The notes beneath the pieces were generated by a model. The model saw nothing but the letters and a program-made list of their open reading frames with translations. It was not told the DNA's origin and did no database searches. Shown one piece after another: positions 1 to 8,736 of a DNA stretch of 60,502 nucleotides (position 1 is its first letter; each line of letters begins with the position of its first letter). Source of the DNA: an uncultured Nitrososphaerota archaeon (GTDB taxonomy: Archaea > Thermoproteota > EX4484-205 > JAAOZP01); contig CAZTSG010000003.1 of NCBI GenBank assembly GCA_964616835.1, forward strand, positions 1 through 60,502, given 5' to 3'. A program made the translations under genes and the position numbers.

Positions 1-1242
1 GAGCAGTATAGGATGATGATGAAGCATTTGAGGAAGCAGTATCCTTACGGCGCTAAGGCTATTCAGCTAACCGGCGGAGAGCCGTTGATGAGAGACGATA
101 TCGTCGACGTTGTTAGAATAACTAAGGAAGAAGGCTTCACGCATATTCAGCTGAATACTCACGGCGTCTTCTTCGCCTTAGAGGGCGGTGTTGAGCTGGC
201 GAGGAAGCTTAGGGAGGCTGGCGTAAACACCGTCTATCTGAGCTTCGACGGCTTGGACCCGAGGATAAACGTGAAGAACCATTGGGAAATACCCTACATC
301 TTCGAAGCATTCAGGAAATCAGGTATGACTAGCGTCGTCCTCGTACCCACAGTCATAAAAGGGTGGAATACTCATGAGCTTGGGAAGATAGTCAGGTTTG
401 CCGCAGCCAACAGCGACATCGTTAGAGGAGTCAACTTCCAACCGGTTTCACTAGTCGGCCAAATGCCTAGGAGCGAGAGGGATAAGCACAGGATAACAAT
501 ACCGGAAGTAATCAGACTGATAGAAGAGCAGACAAACGGCGAAATAAGCAGGGAAGCCTGGTACCCCGTCCCCTTCACCCTCGTATTAACAATGTTCCTC
601 GAAAAGCTTACAAAAGGGAAGGAGAAGTGGCACATGCCAATACACCCCGCCTGCGGAATGGCCACATACGTCTACCTCGACAAGTCTAAAGACGGCGTCC
701 ACTTCGTACCGATAACGAGCTTCGTCGACGTCGAAAGCCTCTCAGAATACTTAAAGCAGAAAACCGCTGAAATGGAGAAGGGAAGAAGCAGATACATGGT
801 CCTACTAGAACTAGTCCGCAAGCTAGGAAGCTTCATAGACAAGGAGAAACAGCCCAAAGACCTCAACCTGGGGAAAATACTGACTAGCATAATCCTAAAA
901 AGAAGCTACAGCGCACTAAGCATATTCCATTATAAATTTAACTATTTAGGTATGATGCATTTTATGGATCCGTATAATTATGATGTTGAGAGGGTGATGC
1001 ATTGCGGTGTTCACTATGTTACTCCTGAGCCTAATGTTGTTCCGTTCTGCACTTTTAACGTTTTGCCTGAGCTCTACAGGGACAATGTTCAGAGAGAGTT
1101 TTCGATAAGCTTGGAGGAGTGGAGCAAGCTTAAGCCTGGGACGGTTGGTGACAAGGCTAAGTACAGGAGGGACGTCAAGAAGCTCGAATCCGGAGAAATA
1201 TACAAGAAGACCTACGCGGGCTTTCAACTAGAAATCACTTAG
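1..1242 (+). CDS. Radical SAM protein, COG1964-like family (the family containing tetraether lipid synthase Tes/GDGT-MAS and MJ0619); 5' end cut by window edge
   Basis: The frame is open from base 1 and the CxxxCxxC cluster motif is not in the visible part, so the N-terminus lies upstream. Motifs seen: TGGEPLMRDD, QLNTHG, VYLSFDG, NFQPVS, and C-terminal HFMDPYNYD..RVMHCGVHYVTPE..VPFCTFN. Confidence 0.7.
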   Translation, partial: EQYRMMMKHLRKQYPYGAKAIQLTGGEPLMRDDIVDVVRITKEEGFTHIQLNTHGVFFALEGGVELARKLREAGVNTVYLSFDGLDPRINVKNHWEIPYIFEAFRKSGMTSVVLVPTVIKGWNTHELGKIVRFAAANSDIVRGVNFQPVSLVGQMPRSERDKHRITIPEVIRLIEEQTNGEISREAWYPVPFTLVLTMFLEKLTKGKEKWHMPIHPACGMATYVYLDKSKDGVHFVPITSFVDVESLSEYLKQKTAEMEKGRSRYMVLLELVRKLGSFIDKEKQPKDLNLGKILTSIILKRSYSALSIFHYKFNYLGMMHFMDPYNYDVERVMHCGVHYVTPEPNVVPFCTFNVLPELYRDNVQREFSISLEEWSKLKPGTVGDKAKYRRDVKKLESGEIYKKTYAGFQLEIT

Positions 1243-1371
1243 AATTAAATAAATTTGTATAAAAGTAGTTATTTCTATAAAGGGAGTCTCCACTTCTCTT
1301 CATCCCAAGATTTATATGCAAGGACAACGGCATCTACCCTCTTTTTTTATCTCTTGCATGTAGCCTCTAAG

Positions 1372-1665
1372 CTAATCTGCTGCTTGACAAAGTACTCCCG
1401 CCTCAGCCCTCGGATCGTTAAACTCATCAAGGCTAACTGTGCTCTTAGCGTCCAATATCGTGAGGAGCTCCCCTGTATTTTTATTCCTTATCAAATAATC
1501 AGGACTTCTCTTCTCTGGTCCTTCAAATCTCAGGGTTAGCCCCATAATTCTCATCCCTCTTACGACGCATTGGTAGACTAAGCATAGATTCCTCTTCGGG
1601 AGACGACACTCAGTACATAAACCGAGTTTAAGATAATCGCATTTGCGGCATAGCTTCCCCGCATC
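1372..1665 (-). pseudogene. Remnant of a Zn-ribbon plus PD-(D/E)xK nuclease-like gene
   Basis: The frame is open back to a stop at 1666-1668, but the only start is the M at 1554. The in-frame upstream part reads CRKCDYLKLGLCTECR (CxxC...CxxC). The ORF part has PDYLI...ILDAK (PD...D-x-K pattern). Frames further upstream are broken and the surroundings are AT-rich non-coding DNA. Confidence 0.3.
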
Positions 1666-1905
1666 TTAGGGGTCCATGCGCAACATGCATCCTATGGTAC
1701 TATGTATTCTTCTAAAAAGACTAATGTCATGGTCGTCAGCAGCATAGTGTAGTCGTTTGTTTTTAAAACTTCTTATCTTTATCCTAAGCTACGCTAGATA
1801 ATATCTTTTTAGCATCATAATTCTAAAATAATTTGCTCTAAGCCTTTAAAGCCTTCTTCACAGGCTGCTTCTAAGTTCAGCTAATTTGCCAAATTAATAT
1901 TAAAG

Positions 1906-2148
1906 GTGAACAATCCGCCTAGCTACTTATGGCACTTCCACGAGGAGTTGTTGAGAAAATATTCTGGATACTTGGTCAGAGTTAATGATGTTAAGAAGAT
2001 TGAGCCAAACGGTAAGGAGTATTCGAGCAAGCTGGCCAAAGCTGGATTGATCGAGAGAGTTGGGTGGGGCCGGTACCGGGTTCCATGCGAGTTAAAAGAT
2101 CCTTGGAATTTTGAAAAAGACGTGGGTTTAATCCGAGGATGTTGGTAA
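1906..2148 (+). CDS. Small hypothetical protein, possibly winged-helix-like
   Basis: 80-aa ORF with a GTG start. The segment SSKLAKAGLIERVGWGRYRV resembles a recognition helix plus wing. It lies in an AT-rich accessory patch. No family recognised. Confidence 0.3.
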   Translation: MNNPPSYLWHFHEELLRKYSGYLVRVNDVKKIEPNGKEYSSKLAKAGLIERVGWGRYRVPCELKDPWNFEKDVGLIRGCW

Positions 2149-2236
2149 CAGGAGGTTAAGCATAGGGGCATGTGAAGAAGCTTTCTTCTAGCTTGATAAA
2201 ATATTTAAAAACTCCATGGCCTTTTAAAAACTCGAA

Positions 2237-2842
2237 ATGACTAGGTTGGGGGAGCCTGCTCCCGATTTCGAAGCCCCTACTACAAAGGGCAGGGTTAAAC
2301 TATCCGCGTTGAAGGAGAAATGGGTCGTTTTGTTAACGCACCCCTCCGGCTTCAACCCTGTTTGCACAACCGAGATCATATCGCTATCCCAGCGCATGGA
2401 CGAGTTTAAGAAGATGGGTGCCGAAGTCTACTCTATATGCTCCGGGAGCCTGCAGAGCCATATTGCTTGGATAAGAGACGTCGAGGAGAAGTACGGCTTG
2501 AAAATACTTGTCCCCGTGGTTGCCGATCCTGATAACAAGATACTGAGCTCCTACGGTGCTTTAGACGCTAACGGCAATGTTTCTAGGAGTGTTTTCATCA
2601 TAGACCCAGCGGGTGTTTTAAGGTTTGAGGCCCATTATCCTCCTGAGGTCGGTAGGAACGTTAAGGAGCTTGCCAGGGTTTTAAAGGCTTTTCAAACCAG
2701 TGTTAAATCAGGCCTCTTGGCTCCTGCGAACTGGGAGCCTGGGGAGCCTATGCTGATGCCTCCGCCTTCAACCATCGACGAGGCTGAGAAGAAGGTTAGG
2801 GAGGGGGCGGAGCGCTGGTACTTGCAGAGGAAACAGGTTTAG
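2237..2842 (+). CDS. Peroxiredoxin (AhpC/TSA, Prx family)
   Basis: PDFEAPT...KWVVLLTHPSGFNPVCTTE contains the peroxidatic Cys motif PVCTTE. Length is typical. Confidence 0.9.
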   Translation: MTRLGEPAPDFEAPTTKGRVKLSALKEKWVVLLTHPSGFNPVCTTEIISLSQRMDEFKKMGAEVYSICSGSLQSHIAWIRDVEEKYGLKILVPVVADPDNKILSSYGALDANGNVSRSVFIIDPAGVLRFEAHYPPEVGRNVKELARVLKAFQTSVKSGLLAPANWEPGEPMLMPPPSTIDEAEKKVREGAERWYLQRKQV

Positions 2843-3723
2843 ACTAGGCCTTTCCTCCTAGCTGATTTAGCAATGGCCTGAAAAAGTATTCTTACTGCAG
2901 CCGCTGCCGAGGACCCTCCATAGTCCAGGACGGGGTTTAGCTCAACCAAGTCCATGCCTACGAGCCTATCGGTCACTGAGTGTTCTAACAGGTCTAGGAG
3001 GATGCTGGTGGAGATGCCGCATGCCTCAGGGTTCCCTACACCGGGTGCGTAAGCAGGGTCGAGAACGTCTAGGTCGATGCTGATGTAAATGCTTCCAGCC
3101 TTCTCCACGAGGCTTCTAAGCGTGCTGGAGGCCTCGGAGAAGTTTCGAAGTATACTTCTCGAAGTGATGAAATCCCTGCCATGAGCGTACTCAACCTCTT
3201 CTCTACACGTTGCCCTAACCCCTACGTGAACAACTCTACACAAGTCCTCGCTTATCCTCCTCATAACGGTCGCATGGCTAGTCTTTACGCCCTGCGGATA
3301 CTCATCCCTATAGTCGAAGTGCGCGTCGAAGCAGACTAGGAGCTCGGGCCTTAGGGCCCGAGCAGCCCCTAGCGTTATAGTGTGCTCACCGCCTAGGAGC
3401 ACGGGGATTTTGGAGTCCTCGCGTACCTCTCTGCAAACCGTCTCGACTCTTTTCAAGACTTCTTCAACGCTGAAGGTTACTGCGACATCCCCCATGTCCG
3501 AGATGGGGATTTTCTCCAAGTCTATGCAATCTTCCAGGCTAAGCATCTCGGCCTCGGCTGAGAAGAGCCTTATGCTCGCCGGCCCGAACCTCGAGCCGGG
3601 CCTGAAGGAGGTCGTGTTGTCAAACGGTACTCCAATAACTGAGAACCACGAGTCCTCGTATCCATGCCTCACTCCTGAGAAGCAATAGGGGTTTTCAACC
3701 AGGTACAGCCTCGCCTTGTTCAA
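2839..3723 (-). CDS. speB: Agmatinase (arginase/ureohydrolase family)
   Basis: Mn-site motifs GGEHTIT, FDAHFDYRD and SIDLDVLDPAYAPGVGNPE. Confidence 0.85.
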   Translation of the reverse strand: MNKARLYLVENPYCFSGVRHGYEDSWFSVIGVPFDNTTSFRPGSRFGPASIRLFSAEAEMLSLEDCIDLEKIPISDMGDVAVTFSVEEVLKRVETVCREVREDSKIPVLLGGEHTITLGAARALRPELLVCFDAHFDYRDEYPQGVKTSHATVMRRISEDLCRVVHVGVRATCREEVEYAHGRDFITSRSILRNFSEASSTLRSLVEKAGSIYISIDLDVLDPAYAPGVGNPEACGISTSILLDLLEHSVTDRLVGMDLVELNPVLDYGGSSAAAAVRILFQAIAKSARRKGLV

Positions 3724-3801
3724 ACCGGCTTCTCTGCAATCCGGCTGTAGATAAAGTTTCCCAGTGGTGGCTTTAAGCCTTTAAACTCTAACGGTATTAG
3801 A

Positions 3802-4449
3802 ATGCTCTACGAGGCTTTTAACCATATTAAGAACTTTATTCCCGTAGTACTTTTGCTCAATGCTGCTGTGCAGGATTTTAAGCGGAAGGAGCTCGGAGCC
3901 TCCGCATGGCTTCCAATAATCACACTAGGCGTTTTCTCCCTGTGCGTCGAGTTGACTGCTTCTCCAAACAGAGTGGAGACCATTACGAGGCTTGTAGCCA
4001 CGCTTACGACATTTTCCACACTATATTTCCTTAACCTTTATGAAGCAGGAGACGCAGTAATAGTGATTGGTTTAAGCCTTACCCATATTTCGACTAAGAA
4101 ACCCCTGGTGAGCGGATGCTTTATCCAAACCTTATTTCCGGACTTTGGCTTCACAATCCTATGGAATACTGAGCTGATGATGTTAATTCTAGTCTCATTG
4201 AAAACAGTTTCCAAAAAGGCTTCGGAAGCTTTGAGAACATGCATCGTTAAGAACATGCTTCTCCATGTTAAAATAGCTCACTTAATGTTTTCAAATAAAA
4301 CTAATGGGGAAGATTGTGACAAGCCTAGTGTTTTAAAGCAGAAAATCCCCCTGGTCTCACTACTATTACCGGGATACGTGATAACGATTCTCTTTGGAAG
4401 CATCGCCCCATTGCCTTTTCAAACTTCATCCTTTTCGGCTTTTAACTAA
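3802..4449 (+). CDS. Polytopic membrane protein, possibly an A24-family (prepilin/preflagellin peptidase-like) aspartic protease
   Basis: Multiple hydrophobic helices. VQDFKRKEL resembles the first catalytic Asp motif of FlaK/PibD, and EAGDAVIVIGLSL resembles the GxGDxK-type second motif. The match is weak. Confidence 0.4.
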   Translation: MLYEAFNHIKNFIPVVLLLNAAVQDFKRKELGASAWLPIITLGVFSLCVELTASPNRVETITRLVATLTTFSTLYFLNLYEAGDAVIVIGLSLTHISTKKPLVSGCFIQTLFPDFGFTILWNTELMMLILVSLKTVSKKASEALRTCIVKNMLLHVKIAHLMFSNKTNGEDCDKPSVLKQKIPLVSLLLPGYVITILFGSIAPLPFQTSSFSAFN

Positions 4450-4460
4450 TACTGATTTGA

Positions 4461-5018
4461 CTAGGGTATGAATACTGCTGCCGCGACAACTGTTGTCCAT
4501 AATCCATCCTTATTGCCTACTGCGGACTGTGTTATGCTCATCGTCTTAACCCTCTTACCGCTTATCTTCCATATTTCCTTCTGCTCGTCCCAGCTCTTAT
4601 CTATGTCGAACGGGACGCCTAAGGTGGATGCCAGCATGAAGGCTGCAAGGTCTTCAGCATAGTCTCCGGCCTTCTTCTCAGTCTGACCGAAGGAGTGGTG
4701 CTCGCTCAAATAGCCGTAACTCTCGTCGTCGAGCGGCTTAGCCATGCCTATCGACGCCGCTATAAGCCTATTAGGCTCGTTCGTCTCATTCCTAGCTAGG
4801 ACGACGAAGATTATCTGTCCGGGCTTAAGCTTGCTCAAGCCCTCCTCCCTGCTTATCACCTTGCAGCCGGGTGGGATTATGCTCGAAATAGGGACGAGGT
4901 TGAATTGAGCTATGCCAGCATCCCTCAAAGCTATCTCGAATGATGCGAGCCTTTCCCTGTGGACACCCACACCCTTTGTGAAGAACACTTCTCTCGGGAC
5001 GAAGCTGAATCCTTCCAT
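4461..5018 (-). CDS. pdaD: Pyruvoyl-dependent arginine decarboxylase
   Basis: FFTKGVGVH...[14 protein letters not shown] includes the Ser-Ser self-cleavage site context. The ~185-aa length is typical of PdaD. Confidence 0.85.
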   Translation of the reverse strand: MEGFSFVPREVFFTKGVGVHRERLASFEIALRDAGIAQFNLVPISSIIPPGCKVISREEGLSKLKPGQIIFVVLARNETNEPNRLIAASIGMAKPLDDESYGYLSEHHSFGQTEKKAGDYAEDLAAFMLASTLGVPFDIDKSWDEQKEIWKISGKRVKTMSITQSAVGNKDGLWTTVVAAAVFIP

Positions 5019-5115
5019 TCTTATTCTATTGAAAGAAGAACTCGAAAAAAGGTTTAAGATAAAGCTTTCCCCGGGCGGTAAAACGTATTAGGAAGCTTCT
5101 CTGGAGAGAGTTGAA

Positions 5116-6111
5116 ATGGTTTCGCAGAGCAAGGTTAGGATAATGATAGTTGGATGCGGCGGAATATCCTTCATGCATGTTAACAACCTAATTAAGCTAA
5201 GCAACGCCGAGATAGTTGGGCTATGCGACGTTAACCCAGGAAACATAAGGAGGCTTAAAGACCATTTCCCCATACTGGAAAAGGTGAGGGAACACAGTGA
5301 TTACAGAAAGATGTATGACTCGACTGAGGCTGATGCTGTCTTAGTGTTGACGCCGCACACATTACATTTTAACCAGGCTATGGATGCTTTAAACAAGGGG
5401 ATGCACGTGCTGATTGAGAAGCCGATGACTACCAGGGTTGAACACGCTAAGAAGCTTGTTGAGAAAGCGTCGAAGGAAAAAAGGGTTTTAATGGTCTCCT
5501 ATCAGAGGCATTACGAGCCACCGTTCAGATTCGTAAAGGCGAGGATTGAGTCAGGAAGCATCGGGGAAGTACAATTCGTAACATCCCTACTGACCCAGGA
5601 ATGGATGAGGCTAACCAGGGGGACTTGGAGGCAAGACCCCGAGCTGAGTGGCGGCGGAGAGCTCATGGACAGTGGGAGCCATATCGTAGATTTCATCCTC
5701 TGGTCCACAGGGCTAAAGCCCTCGGAAGTCTTTGCCCAAGTCGACTACAGAGGGTGTAAGGTAGATATTAACACCTCGCTTACCGTCAGGTTCTCAAACG
5801 GGGCTCTAGCTAGCGTTAGCATAGTGGGGGACGCTCCCTGTTTCGAAGAATACCATGCGATATACGGTACACGGGGGGCGGTTTTCTACGATAACGGTAG
5901 GATTAGGCTATTGGATGCTGAAGGGTCTTTTTCAACAATACCCTTGAAAATGCCTTTTGAACCCAGTAATCCTGATAGGAATTTCGTGATGAGCATACTG
6001 GGGCTTGAGAAGCCTGAGTCGCCGGGAGAATGTGGATTAAGAGTCATAGAGCTTACTGAAGCAGCCTTGGAAAGCGCTAGGCGCGGCGAGAAAGTAAGCC
6101 TCGGGGAATGA
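5116..6111 (+). CDS. Gfo/Idh/MocA family NAD(P)-dependent oxidoreductase
   Basis: N-terminal Rossmann motif IMIVGCGGISFMH, plus EKPM and a C-terminal alpha/beta domain of typical length. Confidence 0.85.
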   Translation: MVSQSKVRIMIVGCGGISFMHVNNLIKLSNAEIVGLCDVNPGNIRRLKDHFPILEKVREHSDYRKMYDSTEADAVLVLTPHTLHFNQAMDALNKGMHVLIEKPMTTRVEHAKKLVEKASKEKRVLMVSYQRHYEPPFRFVKARIESGSIGEVQFVTSLLTQEWMRLTRGTWRQDPELSGGGELMDSGSHIVDFILWSTGLKPSEVFAQVDYRGCKVDINTSLTVRFSNGALASVSIVGDAPCFEEYHAIYGTRGAVFYDNGRIRLLDAEGSFSTIPLKMPFEPSNPDRNFVMSILGLEKPESPGECGLRVIELTEAALESARRGEKVSLGE

Positions 6112-6758
6112 ACAGGAGAATGCAGAGGTTTGACCTCCACATACATACTTTCTTCTCTAAAGACTCTTGGATAGACCCTAAGCTCCTCCCTAGGGTAGCT
6201 GAGTTAAGGGGTTTAAAGGGTTTCGCTATCACAGACCACAACCGTTTCGGAGCGCATAAGACTGTAGAAGCAGGCGACATGCTTGTAGTACCTGGCGTGG
6301 AGATAAGGATTAGCGCCGGAGACCTGATCGCCCTATTCATAGAGGAGCCTTTTTACTCCAAGGATCCTTTTGAAATCTACGATGCAGTAAAGTCGCAAGA
6401 CGGTGTCTTGATAGCGGCCCACCCCTTCGGATTCCCAAGGATACAGGGAAGCATGAGTAAAAAAGTCTATGAGATCCTTGACGGTGTTGAAGTAGTGAAT
6501 GCGAGGAATATCTTCCGTGGGCAGAACGAGAAGGCTCTGGAACTTGCTAGGAAGCTTGGGAAAGCGGAAGTCGGCGGTAGCGACGCGCATACTATGCGTG
6601 AGGTTGGGAGGGCATACACTTTAGCAGATGCCTCGAGTCTAGAGGAGTTGCGTTCAGCAATCAAGAAGAAAGCTACCCGCGGAGTTGGGACGTTAAGCTC
6701 CCCCTTGGTGCATCTGGCCAGCTTTGCTGCAAGCATCATGCATGCTGTTTCGCGTTAG
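6108..6758 (+). CDS. PHP-domain metal-dependent phosphoesterase
   Basis: FDLHIHTFFSKDS, ITDHN and GGSDAHT histidine motifs. It overlaps the upstream oxidoreductase gene by 4 nt. Confidence 0.7.
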   Translation: MNRRMQRFDLHIHTFFSKDSWIDPKLLPRVAELRGLKGFAITDHNRFGAHKTVEAGDMLVVPGVEIRISAGDLIALFIEEPFYSKDPFEIYDAVKSQDGVLIAAHPFGFPRIQGSMSKKVYEILDGVEVVNARNIFRGQNEKALELARKLGKAEVGGSDAHTMREVGRAYTLADASSLEELRSAIKKKATRGVGTLSSPLVHLASFAASIMHAVSR

Positions 6759-6952
6759 AGATTCATCTTTCTATATATTGCTTAGAAAATTGAAAAAAAT
6801 AAAGGGTGGAAAAGTCTCAGCATACACGCTTACTTTTACTCTTCTTGGATTTGGCCTTACTCTTCTTAGATTTTTTCTTCACAGCCATTTTTCAGAAGAA
6901 TTTGTGTTGAACATGCACTTAAACTTTTTGTTTTTTAACGTTTTGAAAAAAT

Positions 6953-8185
6953 CTAACAGAGAGTTTCAACCAACGCATCAAACGTTTCAAGAAAAGATTC
7001 CTCTGCCCCAACAGGTATGACTCCGGAAGCAGCTACGCTGTGGCCGTCTCCAAAACCACCGTGTTTACTGCAGGCCTCCGGCAGAACTCTAGACAAAGGG
7101 GGTTTAGAACCGTTGTCAATCATGCTCTTCAACTCGGAGGGAGCTCTCGCAGAAACCTTCACGTAGTCTTCCTCGAGAGAACCGTAGCCTGGAATATCCC
7201 TCGGAATCTTCATGAAGCCGAGCAAATACTTACTACTGTCTACGAGCCTCTGGTAGCTTAAGTAGGAAGTGAAACTGCCGAGCACCTTGCTCCCCATGTT
7301 CTTGAAGAAACCACGGGAGTCGAACCATTGAACATTCTTCTTCTCACCCAAGCCTTCTCTAGCTATTAGAGCCAGCAGAGCCTTGTTAGCCTTCTTCCTC
7401 TCCTCCTCCAAGGATTCTGAAAACCTTAATGTTTCAGATGCGAAGCCATGTGTACACGCGTCAATAGCCTTTTCAACACCGCCACGGTAATACCCCACTG
7501 AAGCAAGTATCGTGAGTATTTGCGAAGCCCTAGTCCTGGAGAGCATAAAGCCCTCAGCAGTAATTTTGAAATCTTTACCAGACTCTTCTACAACACCTTT
7601 CTCCAAAGCATCTTTTAAAGCAAGCTTATTTAACCCGGATGGTGCTCCAGGCACTTCCACGGAGCCTATTACAGCCAGGTGCGCGAGCCTGCTAAGCTCC
7701 TCGTCGACACTCTTGGTAAAGAAATATGCTACTGTGGAGGCTGAAGCATCCTTCTCCCCCACGTATCCGTAGAGCTCAGGGTTGATGTTGAAAACGTTCT
7801 CCCTGGAAGCTGGCTCAGTATCGTGATGGTCGATAATAACCGCTAAGCCTTCCCTACTTATTAAGCTCTCTATCCTCTTAACGTGGGCTGAGCCAATATC
7901 CGTGAAGACGACAACCCTATTCCGAGACAAAGTTTTCTCAAGAACCTCTGGGAAAAGCTTGTCTAAGCAAACCGTCCTAATCCCATAGCCCATTTTTTCT
8001 AGAGCCGCCTTGGCCAGCGCGGCCGAACAGACACCGTCAGCCTCATCATGGTGTATGAGAACAACCTCTCCTACCTCTTTTCTCAAAGCCTGTATAGCCT
8101 TATCAATACTTGTCTTAAACACTTCCAACATGTTATTTCTAACATCGAAGTGGGAAATAAAGTTGAAGCATAACAGATTCCACAT
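6953..8185 (-). CDS. DHH/DHHA1 family phosphoesterase (RecJ/NrnA-like)
   Basis: HHDEADGVCSAA (DxDxDG-like), IIDHHD (DHH motif) and C-terminal GGFGDGHSVAASG (GGGH-like DHHA1 motif). The true start may be the internal M at about 8131. Confidence 0.65.
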   Translation of the reverse strand: MWNLLCFNFISHFDVRNNMLEVFKTSIDKAIQALRKEVGEVVLIHHDEADGVCSAALAKAALEKMGYGIRTVCLDKLFPEVLEKTLSRNRVVVFTDIGSAHVKRIESLISREGLAVIIDHHDTEPASRENVFNINPELYGYVGEKDASASTVAYFFTKSVDEELSRLAHLAVIGSVEVPGAPSGLNKLALKDALEKGVVEESGKDFKITAEGFMLSRTRASQILTILASVGYYRGGVEKAIDACTHGFASETLRFSESLEEERKKANKALLALIAREGLGEKKNVQWFDSRGFFKNMGSKVLGSFTSYLSYQRLVDSSKYLLGFMKIPRDIPGYGSLEEDYVKVSARAPSELKSMIDNGSKPPLSRVLPEACSKHGGFGDGHSVAASGVIPVGAEESFLETFDALVETLC

Positions 8186-8244
8186 GCAAAAAAGAGATAA
8201 AGCGCTTCTAAACGCGTATTTTTCCAGAGCAGTATGCAGACTAC

Positions 8245-8736
8245 TTACCTCTTGACAACTATTTCCTCAAGAAGTATTTGAACAGCCTTCTTACTAAGCT
8301 CCCTAGCAGCCTGGTCCAAGGTCACATAATTTAGTGCTTCCTTGGGACAATACTGGACGCATTGAGGAAAGCCCTGTTTCTCACAATAGTCGCACACTAT
8401 CACCTTCCTTTTGTCCAAGTGCAACCTTATTACCCCGAAGGGGCATGCTTCAACACACCATCCGCAGCCATTACACTTGTTTTCATCCACCACTATTACT
8501 CCGTTAGACTTCTGCTTCAACGCATCCCTTGGACATGCTTTAACGCAAGGAGGGTCTTCACACTTCCTGCAGGTTACTGCAAGGTTTAAGAAAGGCTCTA
8601 TTCTGACAACCCTTATCCTAGCCTTCTTAATATTTAGAACACCCTCGCTGGCGTATGAGCATATGTACTCGCATATTTTGCATCCGTTGCACTTCTCCGG
8701 GTCGCAGACAACGATTTTCCTAAGCCTCGACTCCAA
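8245..8736 (-). CDS. 4Fe-4S dicluster ferredoxin-domain protein (AOR operon partner)
   Basis: Several Cys cluster motifs (CNGCKICEYIC, CRKCEDPPCVKACP, CNGCGWCVEACP). It overlaps the AOR 3' end by 17 nt. Confidence 0.8.
   Translation of the reverse strand: MESRLRKIVVCDPEKCNGCKICEYICSYASEGVLNIKKARIRVVRIEPFLNLAVTCRKCEDPPCVKACPRDALKQKSNGVIVVDENKCNGCGWCVEACPFGVIRLHLDKRKVIVCDYCEKQGFPQCVQYCPKEALNYVTLDQAARELSKKAVQILLEEIVVKR

Noticed and set aside
6724-7020. 98-aa plus-strand ORF spanning the PHP/DHH intergenic region
   Set aside because: It overlaps the 3' ends of two well-supported genes, is low-complexity and Leu/Phe-rich, and has no motif. Likely spurious.
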